Assembly: GCF_032191835.1 (NCBI RefSeq)
Contig: NC_083226.1
Coordinates: forward strand, 125,178,001 to 125,242,000
Source: Heteronotia binoei
Taxonomy: Eukaryota
Reading direction: 5' to 3'
DNA length: 64,000 bases
Each line of letters starts with the position of its first letter. The first letter of the stretch is position 1. The position numbers and the translations under genes were made by a program. A model generated the notes under the pieces. That model did no database searches. It saw nothing but the letters and a program-made list of their open reading frames with translations, and had not been told where the DNA came from. Positions 45,671 to 56,600 of this stretch are shown piece by piece.

Positions 45671-46337
45671 GCTCTAGAGTATTTTCCATCACAGGAACAA
45701 CAGGCACTGCAAGAACATTAACTGAGCCTTTCAAAAGGAAGAGATTAATGTGAGGTTGCTTTGCAGTGTTAGAAGTGAAATGATGTCCAGAAGTATCTCT
45801 CCCACACTTCTTTTTTTTCCCCGTTACAAATCATCCTCATTAAATATTTCCTTATCTGGAGCACCTTTAAGATTAGGAAGGAAGAACAGATGTAAACACT
45901 CACTCCTGGCTGCTCAAGTTATCAATTCGGGTGAGTTAAAAGAGTGTGTGATAAGTTACTCATTACTTAGGGTAGAAACTAAAACCAATATGGCACTCAG
46001 AACCAGCTAATATCAGCACCTATTCAATATATATATATATGAAATGCTAAGTTGATAAAATAGATACAGTTCCTCAATAAATAAAATTCCACAGTCCTCA
46101 CCCCCACAGATTAAACAGCTGTTATGCTGATGCCATCTTGAAACTGAGTAGAGTCTGACCTTTCTAATTATTCTTCAATAATTGGCTTGTGGTCTGTTTG
46201 CCAAATTCATGAGTTCATGTTTTTGATGAACTGCCCCTGGACCAGTTTGATTTCTGTGGAGGTCTGTATGGTTGGGCCCGGGGGGCGGGGGACTGTGAGG
46301 CAGGTAGTGGTGGGGTTTAGAGAAGGTATTTACTGAT

Positions 46338-46775
46338 GGTTGTTCAGTCGCTCAGTCAAGTCTGCGATCCCATGGACCAAGTCACACCAGACCCTCCTGT
46401 TTTCTACCATCTCACCCTTCTTAAATCTTCGTTCGCGAAGCCAAGCCGAGAGAGAGAGAGAGAGAGACATCAATAATGCTGTCCAGCCATCTCATCTTTT
46501 GCCATCCCCTTCTTCTTTTGCCTTCTGTCTTTCCCAGCATCAGGGTCTTCTCCAGGGAGTGCTCCCTTCTCATTTGGTGGCCAAAGTATTTGAGCTTCAG
46601 CATCTGACTTTCCAGGGAACAGTCTGGGTTGATTTCCCTTAGGACTGACTGATTTGATCTTCTTGCAGTCCAAGGGACTCTCAAGATTCTTCTCCAGCAT
46701 TACAGCTCAAAAGCATCTATTCTTTTGCGCTCGGCCTTCCTTATGGTCCAACTCTCACAGCCATACATTACTACT
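46338..46775 (-). mobile_element. BovB 3' fragment
   Basis: RVPWTARRSNQSVLREINPDCSLESQMLKLKYFGH...MRWLDSI; near-identical to 17872-18300. Confidence 0.92.
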
Positions 46776-47646
46776 GAAAACTTTATTAGACATTTGTTCA
46801 TAGGAATCCAGGGACTAGGAAGTAGGAGGCAATACAATCATATAATAAAAAGAAAATGCCATTTAAAACTAGAAACATCTAAATTTGGGATAAAATCAAG
46901 AATAGACTTTAAAAAAAAAGATCCTGTCAATACTTAATTTCTTCCCTATGCCAATAAGCCCATCCAACTCAATTTGATTATTGCTCAACAGTGAAAATAA
47001 ATAAGGAATAATATTCATTGAGACATGCATACAAGCAGAGTAAGGACATATTTGTTTAATGTTAAAACAACACAGATCTTACTTTCCAACTTTGCTGAGA
47101 ATTCTTAGCCTCAGTAGCAATACTGGGAGAGGGGGAAATAAACTGAAAGGGATAAGATGGGATGGAATTGGAAGAGTAAAACTGGAGAGGGAGGAACAGG
47201 TAAGGCTAAAAAGAAGAAGCAGCAGGGTGAAGGAGGGAAGGGTGTGAGAAGGCATTTAAAGAGGCTGTTTTCCCTTTAAATATCTTCTCCAAGTTGCCCC
47301 ACCCCCATGGCTGCACAACAGGGATGGACATTTTAAAATACTTTCTCACTCTACCTTCCTTCTCTGAGCTTGCCCAATGCAGTGGAGCAACTTGGGGAAG
47401 GGAAGGCACTTAAAGATGCCTTTTGCTCTGCCTTCCCTCCCCGAGCTGGCCTACCATGGTGGGGCTACTTGGGGAGGGGAGGCATTTAAAAATATTTTCT
47501 TGCTCTCTCTTCTAAAGGGCTCTTGGCCTGTGGCTCTTTGCCTGGGGGCTTCCTAAGGACCGGGAACCCAGATCCCTGATTTCCTTGTTCTCCCAATAAG
47601 GTAAGTTGACCTTCCAGAAGGGGAGCCACGTAAACAACAGCATTTA

Positions 47647-47812
47647 NNNNNNNNNNNNNNNNNNNNNNNNNNNNNNNNNNNNNNNNNNNNNNNNNNNNNN
47701 NNNNNNNNNNNNNNNNNNNNNNNNNNNNNNNNNNNNNNNNNNNNNNNNNNNNNNNNNNNNNNNNNNNNNNNNNNNNNNNNNNNNNNNNNNNNNNNNNNNN
47801 NNNNNNNNNNNN
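47647..47812. other. Assembly gap (166 N)
   Basis: Run of N characters in the sequence. Confidence 0.99.
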
Positions 47813-47813
47813 G

Positions 47814-48704
47814 CAGGGGGGTGGGGGCTTTCCAGTGTTTTGCACTGAGTGTCACATGTATGACTATCTGCCCACAGGACAGAAGTCTTGGGTGTGTGCT
47901 CGATGCAAGGAGCTCCTGGTCCTCAGGGAACGGGTTCGTGCCCTTGAGGCCGAGGTGACTGCCCTGGAGAAGCAGAGACGGTCAGTTAGGCAATTGGGGA
48001 AGACTCTCGGGGGCGTATTAGATGAGCCGTACTCTGAACGTGGCAGCCCCGTTGCTGCCAGAGAGCGTGAGGGTCGAGAGGGAACAGGGCACCTTGCTGA
48101 GGACAAGGGGAATGTGCCCTCAGAAGGGACCTCTTCTTCGGTTGGTGAGCAGGTATCCTTTCGCGCCAAGGAACCATCCCTGGGCAGGGGGAGAAGGGGG
48201 GTCTTGGTAGTTGGTGATTCGATCCTTAGGCAAGTAGACAGCTGGGTGGCAAAACCGCGTATTGACCATATGGTGACTTGCCTGCCTGGTGCGAAGGTAG
48301 CGGACATGACACGTGTAGTAGATAGGCTGATAGACAGTGCTGGGGAGGAGCCTGTGGTCGTGGTGCATGTTGGCACCAACGATGTGGGGAAATGCAGTCG
48401 TGAGGTCCTGGAGGAGAAATTTAGGCTGCTAGGTGGGAGACTTAAGGCCAGGACCTCCAAGGTGGCCTTCTCGGAAGTGCTACCTGTTCCACGTGCAGGG
48501 CAGGAGAGACAGGCGCAAATTAGAAGTCTCAATGTGTGGATGAGACGATGGTGTAAGGAGGAAGGGTTTAAGTTTGTTAGGCACTGGGATACTTTCTGGA
48601 ACAAGCGGGAGCTGTACAAAAGAGACGGTCTCCACTTGTCTCCGGATGGAACCAGGCTGCTGGCGCTTAAAATCAAAAAGGTGGCAGAGCAGTTTTTAAA
48701 CTAA
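47814..48704 (+). CDS. CR1 ORF1p: zinc finger, coiled coil, SGNH/GDSL esterase; start codon probably lies in the gap
   Basis: Frame open from the gap edge (QGGGGFPVFCTECH...CARC), leucine heptads, LVVGDSIL, CLPGAKV, VHVGTND, DGLHL. Confidence 0.9.
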   Translation, partial: QGGGGFPVFCTECHMYDYLPTGQKSWVCARCKELLVLRERVRALEAEVTALEKQRRSVRQLGKTLGGVLDEPYSERGSPVAAREREGREGTGHLAEDKGNVPSEGTSSSVGEQVSFRAKEPSLGRGRRGVLVVGDSILRQVDSWVAKPRIDHMVTCLPGAKVADMTRVVDRLIDSAGEEPVVVVHVGTNDVGKCSREVLEEKFRLLGGRLKARTSKVAFSEVLPVPRAGQERQAQIRSLNVWMRRWCKEEGFKFVRHWDTFWNKRELYKRDGLHLSPDGTRLLALKIKKVAEQFLN

Positions 48705-48733
48705 ATCTTGGGGGAAAGCCGACAGGAGATGGA

Positions 48734-51700
48734 ATGTCTCTGGTTCGGGAGGACTCGTCTCAAAGAGATGAAGGGTTGGCTTCTATTTTTCTACCGAGTA
48801 ACGGATCAGAGTTGTCCACTGTGATGGTGACAAACAGTATGGACTGTCTGCCAGAGTCTCGAGGCGGCAGGACAGAGGTGGCGGGCCTAGCTTGCCTGGG
48901 AAATTATAAATGTTTGTATGCAAATGCTAGAAGTGTCCGAAGTAAAATTGGTGAATTGGAATGTTTAGTGTTGGGAGAAAACATAGACATTGTGGGAATT
49001 TCAGAAACTTGGTGGAATGAGGAGAATCAGTGGGACACGGTGATTGCTGGATATAAGTTATATCGGAAGGATAGGGAGGGAAGGGTTGGAGGTGGGGTGG
49101 CTCTGTATGTCAGAGAGGATATACGGTCCAGTAAGACTGAGATCAGAGAATTAGATTCCCTTTTAGAAATGCTTTGGGTTGAAATAGAGGGCCCCAAAGG
49201 AAATTTAACTATGGGAGTTTGTTATCGCCCACCAAATCAAAAGAGAGAGGACGATTATAATATGATGGAAGGATTAAAGATAGCGGCTAAAAGTAAAAAC
49301 TGTGTCGTAATAGGTGATTTTAACTACCCGCAGATTGATTGGGTCAATATGTGTTCTGGTCGAGAGAAGGAGATTGAGTTTCTTGATGCTCTCAATGACT
49401 GTGCTATGGAGCAGATGGTCTCAGAACCTACCAGAGGTGGGGCGATCCTGGATCTGGTCCTAAGTAATGCCCAAGACTTAGTGAGAGACGTAAAAGTGAT
49501 TGCGCCGCTTGGGAACAGTGACCATAATGTTATTGATTTCACCGTTTGTATAAATAGGGAGTTGCCCAAAAAGACTGCCACAACCACATTTAACTTTAAA
49601 AGGGGTAAATTCTCTGAGATGAGGAGGCATGTGAGGAGGAAACTGAAAGGAAAGGTAAATACGGTCAAAACCCTTGGGGAAGCTTGGAGACTATTTAAAA
49701 CTATAATCCTAGAAGCTCAGATAAAATACATACCACAAGTTAGGAAAGGCACAAACAGGTATAAGAAGAGGCCAGCATGGTTAACAAACAAAGTAATGGA
49801 AGCTGTAAAAGGTAAGAAGGACTCCTTTAAGCGGTGGAAAACCAGTCCAAGTGAGATTAATAAAAGGGAACACAGGCAGTGGCAAATCAAATGCAAGACT
49901 GTGATCAGGCAGGCAAAAAGGGACTATGAGGAGCATATTGCAAAAAACATAAAGACCAACAATAAAAATTTCTTCAAATATATTAGAAGTAGGAAACCAG
50001 CCAGGGAAGCAGTGGGGCCCTTGGATGACCATGGGGTAAAAGGATTACTGAAGGAGGATGGGGAAATGGCTGAGAAGCTGAATGCATTTTTTGCCTCCAT
50101 CTTCACCATGGAAGATGAGAAGTGTTTGCCCGCCCCAGAACCACTAATATTGGAAGGGGTGTTGAAAGACCTGAGTCAGATTGAGGTGACAAAAGAGGAG
50201 GTCCTACAACTGATAGACAAATTAAAAACTAATAAGTCACCGGGTCCGGATGGCATACATCCGAGAGTTCTGAAAGAACTCAAAGTTGAACTTGTGGATC
50301 TTCTAACAAAAATCTGTAATCTTTCATTGAAATCTGCCTCTGTTCCTGAGGACTGGAAGGTAGCAAATGTCACCCCCATCTTTAAAAAGGGTTCCAGAGG
50401 AGATCCAGGAAATTACAGGCCAGTCAGTCTGACTTCAATACCGGGAAAGTTGGTAGAAACCATTATCAAGGACAGAATGAGTAGGCACATTGATGAACAC
50501 GGGTTATTGAGGAAGACTCAGCATGGGTTCTGTAAGGGAAGATCTTGCCTCACTAACCTGTTACATTTCTTTGAGGGGGTAAACAAACTTGTGGACAAAG
50601 GAGACCCGATAGATGTTGTTTACCTTGACTTCCAGAAAGCTTTTGATAAAGTTCCTCATCAAAGGCTCCTTAGAAAGCTTGAGAGTCATGGAGTAAAAGG
50701 ACAGGTCCTCTTGTGGAACAAAAACTGGCTGAGTAATAGGAAGCAGAGAGTGAGTATAAATGGGCAGTCTTCGCAGTGGAGGACGGTAAGCAGTGGGGTG
50801 CCGCAGGGCTCGGTACTGGGTCCCATGCTCTTTAACTTGTTCATAAATGATTTAGAGTTGGGAGTGAGCAGTGAAGTGGCCAAATTTGCGGATGACACTA
50901 AATTGTTCAGGGTGGTGAGAACCAGAGAGGATTGTGAGGAACTCCAAAGGGATCTGTTGAGGCTGGGTGAGTGGGCGTCAACGTGGCAGATGCGGTTCAA
51001 TGTGGCCAAGTGCAAAGTAATGCACATTGGGGCCAAGAATCCCAGCTACAAATACAAGTTGATGGGGTGTGAACTGGCAGAGACTGACCAAGAGAGAGAT
51101 CTTGGGGTCGTGGTAGATAATTCACTGAAAATGTCAAGGCAGTGTGCGTTTGCAATAAAAAAGGCCAACGCCATGCTGGGAATTATTAGGAAGGGAATTG
51201 AAAACAAATCAGCCAGTATCATAATGCCCCTGTATAAATCGATGGTGCGGTCTCATTTGGAGTACTGTGTGCAGTTCTGGTCGCCGCACCTCAAAAAGGA
51301 TATTATAGCATTGGAGAAAGTTCAGAAAAGGGCAACTAGAATGATTAAAGGGCTGGAACACCTTCCCTATGAAGAAAGGTTGAAACGCTTAGGGCTCTTT
51401 AGCTTGGAGAAACGTCGACTGAGGGGTGACATGATAGAGGTTTACAAGATAATGCATGGGATGGAGAAAGTAGAGAAAGAAGTACTTTTCTCCCTTTCTC
51501 ACAATACGAGAACTCATGGGCATTCGATGAAATTGCTGAGCAGACAGGTTAAAACGGATAAAAGGAAGTACTTCTTCACCCAAAGGGTGATTAACATGTG
51601 GAATTCACTGCCACAGGAGGTGGTGGCGGCCACAAGCATGGTCACCTTCAAGAGGGGGTTAGATAAAAATATGGAGCAGAGGTCCATCAGTGGCTATTAG
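48734..51700 (+). CDS. CR1 ORF2p: APE endonuclease + reverse transcriptase (988 aa), no visible lesions
   Basis: YANARS, ISETWW, GDFNYP, PTRGGAILDL, SDHN; PGPDGI, YRPVSLTS, QHGF, DFQKAFDKV, GVPQGSVLGP, FADDTKL, WNSLP all present in one frame. Confidence 0.95.
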   Translation: MSLVREDSSQRDEGLASIFLPSNGSELSTVMVTNSMDCLPESRGGRTEVAGLACLGNYKCLYANARSVRSKIGELECLVLGENIDIVGISETWWNEENQWDTVIAGYKLYRKDREGRVGGGVALYVREDIRSSKTEIRELDSLLEMLWVEIEGPKGNLTMGVCYRPPNQKREDDYNMMEGLKIAAKSKNCVVIGDFNYPQIDWVNMCSGREKEIEFLDALNDCAMEQMVSEPTRGGAILDLVLSNAQDLVRDVKVIAPLGNSDHNVIDFTVCINRELPKKTATTTFNFKRGKFSEMRRHVRRKLKGKVNTVKTLGEAWRLFKTIILEAQIKYIPQVRKGTNRYKKRPAWLTNKVMEAVKGKKDSFKRWKTSPSEINKREHRQWQIKCKTVIRQAKRDYEEHIAKNIKTNNKNFFKYIRSRKPAREAVGPLDDHGVKGLLKEDGEMAEKLNAFFASIFTMEDEKCLPAPEPLILEGVLKDLSQIEVTKEEVLQLIDKLKTNKSPGPDGIHPRVLKELKVELVDLLTKICNLSLKSASVPEDWKVANVTPIFKKGSRGDPGNYRPVSLTSIPGKLVETIIKDRMSRHIDEHGLLRKTQHGFCKGRSCLTNLLHFFEGVNKLVDKGDPIDVVYLDFQKAFDKVPHQRLLRKLESHGVKGQVLLWNKNWLSNRKQRVSINGQSSQWRTVSSGVPQGSVLGPMLFNLFINDLELGVSSEVAKFADDTKLFRVVRTREDCEELQRDLLRLGEWASTWQMRFNVAKCKVMHIGAKNPSYKYKLMGCELAETDQERDLGVVVDNSLKMSRQCAFAIKKANAMLGIIRKGIENKSASIIMPLYKSMVRSHLEYCVQFWSPHLKKDIIALEKVQKRATRMIKGLEHLPYEERLKRLGLFSLEKRRLRGDMIEVYKIMHGMEKVEKEVLFSLSHNTRTHGHSMKLLSRQVKTDKRKYFFTQRVINMWNSLPQEVVAATSMVTFKRGLDKNMEQRSISGY

Positions 51701-52974
51701 CCACAGTGTGTATGTGTGTGTATATATATATATTTGGCCGCTGTGTGACACAGAATGTTGGACTGGATGGGCCATTGGCCTGATCTAACATGGCTTCTCT
51801 TATGTTCTTATGTTCTGCCCCCAGTGGGGTTGCTTAGAAAGGAAAGGGGGAGCCAGAAGGCATTTTTTAATGCCTTTCCCTTCTGAGTTTACCCATGAGT
51901 TATGCTCCTGCATGGGTAGTGTGGCTTGCAAATGTCACTTAAAGGGAACCTTTTAAATGGCTTTTGGAAGCTTGGATTCCAAGTGCCAGTTTATCCACAT
52001 CACCCAGAAGTGAAACAGAAGTGGAAACAGAAGTGGGTGAACTTGCTGCTTGGACTTCACTTGCCCTTGGCGCAGCTGCAAAAGCAATTTAAAAGAAATG
52101 GATTCCTATTTTATGCCTTTTGCAAGCCATGCCTCATCACGAACCTCACAGACCATGACCCAATTCGTTACCCAGAAAAATCTGTTGTGGTTCAGGGTTT
52201 AGGAAGCTCATGAACCTATACAGATCTCCATTTTTTTTGGTCTGTGCACATCTCTAAACTGCCACCTCTCCTCTGCTTGCCAGTGGGTGGAAAGGAAGAC
52301 CAGGAGATGCTGGAGCCACTGTGACCCCTGCAACTTGAGCCAGGTGAACAGGGAGCTCCCTGATTTCTCCACCGAGGCAGTGGTGCTGTGGGCTGGATAG
52401 GCAAAGAAGAGGACCTGGAGCCTCAGTAGTCCTCATTACATTGTTGCATGAGCCAGGTATGTGGAGATGGTGTCAGTGGCAATACAGCTTAGTGGGCTGG
52501 CTGGCAACTTGCTGACCCACCAAGCAAGGGGGAAAGATAGGCTCCAGCAGCACTGGAAATGAGTGGGTGGAGGAGCAAAGGGAAATGGAGTGGGAATGTC
52601 TGACACTAGAAGCACTGAAAACAATGTTAGACTAGTGAGAATGTTTGATACTGGAAGCACATGTGTTAATTTTATAATAAATATCTTAATACATTTTTAG
52701 ACAGCATCTCTGTCATGTCTCTTAAACCCATCATAAGGACAAAGGAGGGATAGTCATGAGTACCAAAGAAACAGGGAATATCTCTGTTTAAGGCTGATGT
52801 TTTGGAGGTACTTGAATCCACTTTTGGATGGTGTGGGGTTAGTTTTGGCAGATCCAGTTGAGAGCTGGGAATGCTGATAGACCCAGTCCTGTTGCTTGGA
52901 AAGCAGGTCGATGTAGTGGATGAGAGCTTTCTACCAGCTACATTTGATTTGCCAGCTGTTTCCTTTTTTTTAGA

Positions 52975-53222
52975 ATCAGCTGAGTGGCACAGTGGTTAGA
53001 GTCTTAGACTAGGATCCGGTAGAACCTCAACTTTGCCACGAAAGCTTTCTGGGTGACTTAGGCCAGTCACATACTCTCAGCCTAACCTACCTCAAAGGGT
53101 TGTTGTGAGGATAAAATGGAAGAGAGGAGAATTATGTAAGCCAGGTCACCATTGGGGAGAAAAGTGAGGTATAAATGAAATAAATAAATAAAATAAATGA
53201 ATAATCCATGCTTTTCTAAATT
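52975..53222 (+). mobile_element. tRNA/CORE SINE with L2-type tail (Squam3-like)
   Basis: GTGGCACAGTGGTTAGAG head, GGGTGACTTAGGCCAGTCAC core, GGTATAAATGAAATAAATAAAT tail. Confidence 0.8.
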
Positions 53223-53610
53223 CATCCTGTAATTATGGCCTGTCTGAGAGTGTATTTCCAGGTTGGACATATCAGCTAGTTAAGAATGTGGCAGCCTGAT
53301 TATTAACAAGGGTTTGCCAACATGAACACACCTTGCCAATTTTAAAACACTGGCAGCTGCCAGATTGTTTTCAAACTATGACCCTTTGACTGCCATCTTC
53401 TGATCATTCCCCTGTTTAAGGTTGCCTTCTTGGTGTCCTCTAGAACCTGCTCCTTTTTAAAAGTGGCTCCTGCTTTATGGAATAGGCACCCTGAGGAGGT
53501 GAAGGTTGTTAGCCTTGGAGAGTTTTAGTATGCAATGCCAAGTGGTTTGTTTGCTATATTGAAATATGAGCTCAAGGACCATTTTGGGGCTTTATTTGCC
53601 TTTTAATTAA

Positions 53611-56600
53611 ATATAAGAGAAGCCATATTGGATCAGGCCAATGGCCCATCCAGTCCAACACTCTGTCACACAGTGGCACAAAAACCAGGTGCCATCAGGA
53701 GGTCCACCAGTGGGGCTTGGACACAAGAACCCCTCTCACTGTTGCCTCCCCCTCAAGCACCAAGAATATCAAGTATTACTTGCCTCAGAAAAAGAATTTC
53801 ATCTATACCTTGAGGCTAATAGCTTCTAATGGACCTCTGCTCCATATGTTTATCCAATCCCCTCTTGAAGCAGGCTATGCCTGTAGCCGCCACCACCTCC
53901 TATGGCAGTGAATCCCATGTGTTAATCACTCTGTGGGTGAAGAAGTACTTCCTTTTATCCATTCTAACCTGACTGTTCAGCAATTTCATTGAGTGTCCAT
54001 GAGTTCTTGTATTGTGAGAAAGGGAGAAAAGTACTGCTTTCTCTGCCTTCTCTATCCCATGCATAATCTTGTAAATCTCTTTCATGTCACCCCTCAGTCA
54101 TCGCTAAAGATCCACAAGTGCTTTAACTTTTCTTCATAGGGAAAGTGTTCCAACCCTTTAATCTTTCTAGTTTCCCTTTTCTGCACTTTTTTCAATGCTA
54201 TATCTTTTTTGAGAATTGTACACAGTACTCTAAATGAGGCCACACCATCAATTTATACATGGGCATTATGATATGATTTGTTTTCTAATAATCACCAGCA
54301 TAGCGTTGGCCTTTTTTATTGCAGTGGCACACTGCCTCAACATTTTCAGAGAATTATCTACCATGACCCCAAGATTTCTCTCTTGGTCAGTCTCCACCAG
54401 TTCGGGCCCCATCAACATGTATTTATAAATTAGGAATTTTGGCCCCAATGTGCATTATTTTGCACTTGACCATGTTCAACCTCATTTGCCACATTGACAC
54501 CCACTCGTCTATCCCTTTGGAGTGCCTCACAATCCTCCCTAGTTCTCACCACCCTGAACAATAATTTAGTGTCTTCCACCAACTTAGCCACTTCACTGCT
54601 CACTCCCAACTCTAAATCATTAATGAACAAGTTAAAAAGCATCGGACCCAGTACTGAGCCCTGTGGTACCCCACTGCTTAGCACCTTCCACTATAAGAAC
54701 TGCCCATTTATATTCACTCTCTGTTTCCTTTTAATTAGACAGTTTTTGATCCATGAGAGGACTTGTCCTTTTACGCCATGACTATTAAGTTTCCTTAGGA
54801 GCCTTTGATGAGGAACTATCGAAAGCTTTCTGGAAGTCAAGGTAAACAACATCTGTTGGGTCCCCCTTGTCCACATGTTTGTTCACCTCCTCAAAGAACA
54901 CTAACAGTCTAGTGAGACAAGATCTTCCCTTACAGAACCCATGCTGAGTCTTCCTCAATAAATTTTGTTCATCAATGTGCCTACTAATTCTTGCTTTAAT
55001 ATTGGTTTCCACCAACTTAACCTGGTATTGATGTCAGACTGACTGGCCTGTAATTTCTTGGATCTCCTCTGGAACCCTTTTTAAAAGATGGGGATGACAT
55101 TAGCTACCTTCCAGTTCTCAGGAATAGAAGCATATGTTAATGAGAGATTGCATATTTTTGTCAGGAGATCCACAAGTTCACATTTGAGTTTTTTCAGAAC
55201 TCTTAGATGTATGCCATCCGGGCCTGGTGATTTATCAGTTTTTAAATTGTCTATCAGTTATAGGACTTCCTGTTTTGCCACCTCAGTCTGACTCAGGTCT
55301 TCAAACACCCCTCCCAAAATCAGTGGTTCTGGAGTGGATAAGCACTTCTCATCTTCCACAGGGAAGACAGAGGCAAAAAATGCATTCAGTTTCTCAGCCA
55401 TTTCCCTATTGTCCTTCAGAAATCCTTTTACCTCCTTGGTCATCCAAGGGCCCCACTGCCTCCCTGACTAGTTTCCTGCTTCTAATGTATTTAAAGAAAT
55501 TGCTATTGTTGGTTTTTTATGTTTTTTGCAACATGGTCCTCATGTTTTCTTTTTTGCCTGCCTCATCATAGACTTGCATTTATTTGCCATAGTCTGTGTT
55601 CCCTTTTATTAATCTCACTGAGACTAGCTTTCTACCACTTAAAGGAATCCTTATTACCTTTTACAGCTTCCATTACTTTGTTAACTATGCAGGCCTTTTT
55701 CTATACTTATGTGCGCCTTTCCTAGCCTGCAGTGTATATTTTATCTCAGCTTCTAGGATTATTGTTTTAAATAGTCTCCAAGCTTCCCCAAGTGTTCTGA
55801 CCCTTTTAACCTTTCCTTTCAGTTTTCTTTTCACATGCCCCCTCATCTCAGAGAAGTTACCCTTTTAAAGTAAAAAATGGTTCTGTTGGTGTTTGTGGGC
55901 AATTCCCTATTTATGCAAATGTTGAACTCAATAACGTTATAGTCACTGTTCCCAAGCAGTGCAATCACTTTTAGTTCTCTCACCAGATCTTGGGCGTTAC
56001 TTAGGAACAAGTCCAGGATTGCCTCTCCACTGATAGGTTCTGTAACCATCTGCTCCATTATATAGTCATTGAGAGTGTCTAGGAACTCAATCTCTTTCTC
56101 CCAACTCGAACACCTATTGACCCAATCAGTATATGGGTAGTTAAAATCACTTACTATCACAGTTATTTAATCTAGCTAGGCTTCCCAACCCTCCTGCCCT
56201 GCCGGGGAACCCCCGAATTTGCCTCCTCTTCCCCCGCTCTCCCAAAAAATGGAAGCAGGAGGAGGTGGGGGTAACGGCGCCAAGGAGCGTGGCGAGCTGC
56301 GAGTCCGGGTCCTCTGAGCCCATCTCAGAGGAGCAGCTATGCTGAAGCAGAGTTTGGAGAAGAGGCGGCAGCGCAGTGGCATCGCCCGCTTCACCTCTGA
56401 AGTAAAATGAGAGAAGGGGAGGGTGAAGGCAGGGGGAAAGTGAGCCACAGAACGGGACGCTCCTTGCTTCCCGCCGCCGCTGCGATCCACTGACGCATCA
56501 GCCTTTCGACCTAATCACCTCCCTCGTTCAGTAAGAGCATGCAAGCACGCTCCCCCTGCCGTCCAAACACGCCGTGGCCGAGAGGACTGCTGAGACGGGG

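Larger units (their letters stand above)
47490..51816 (+). mobile_element. CR1 (L3) LINE, probably full length, young; exact 5' boundary uncertain because of the gap
   Basis: Two open ORFs and a 3' end GGATGGGCCATTGGCCTGATC...(TTCTTATG)n ending at 51816. Confidence 0.93.

Noticed and set aside
47486-47855. ORFs spanning the N run
   Set aside because: Artefacts of translating through the assembly gap.
47864-48676. 270-aa antisense ORF within CR1 ORF1
   Set aside because: Exact antisense register of ORF1, starts at a non-ATG codon, no domain features; most simply a shadow ORF.
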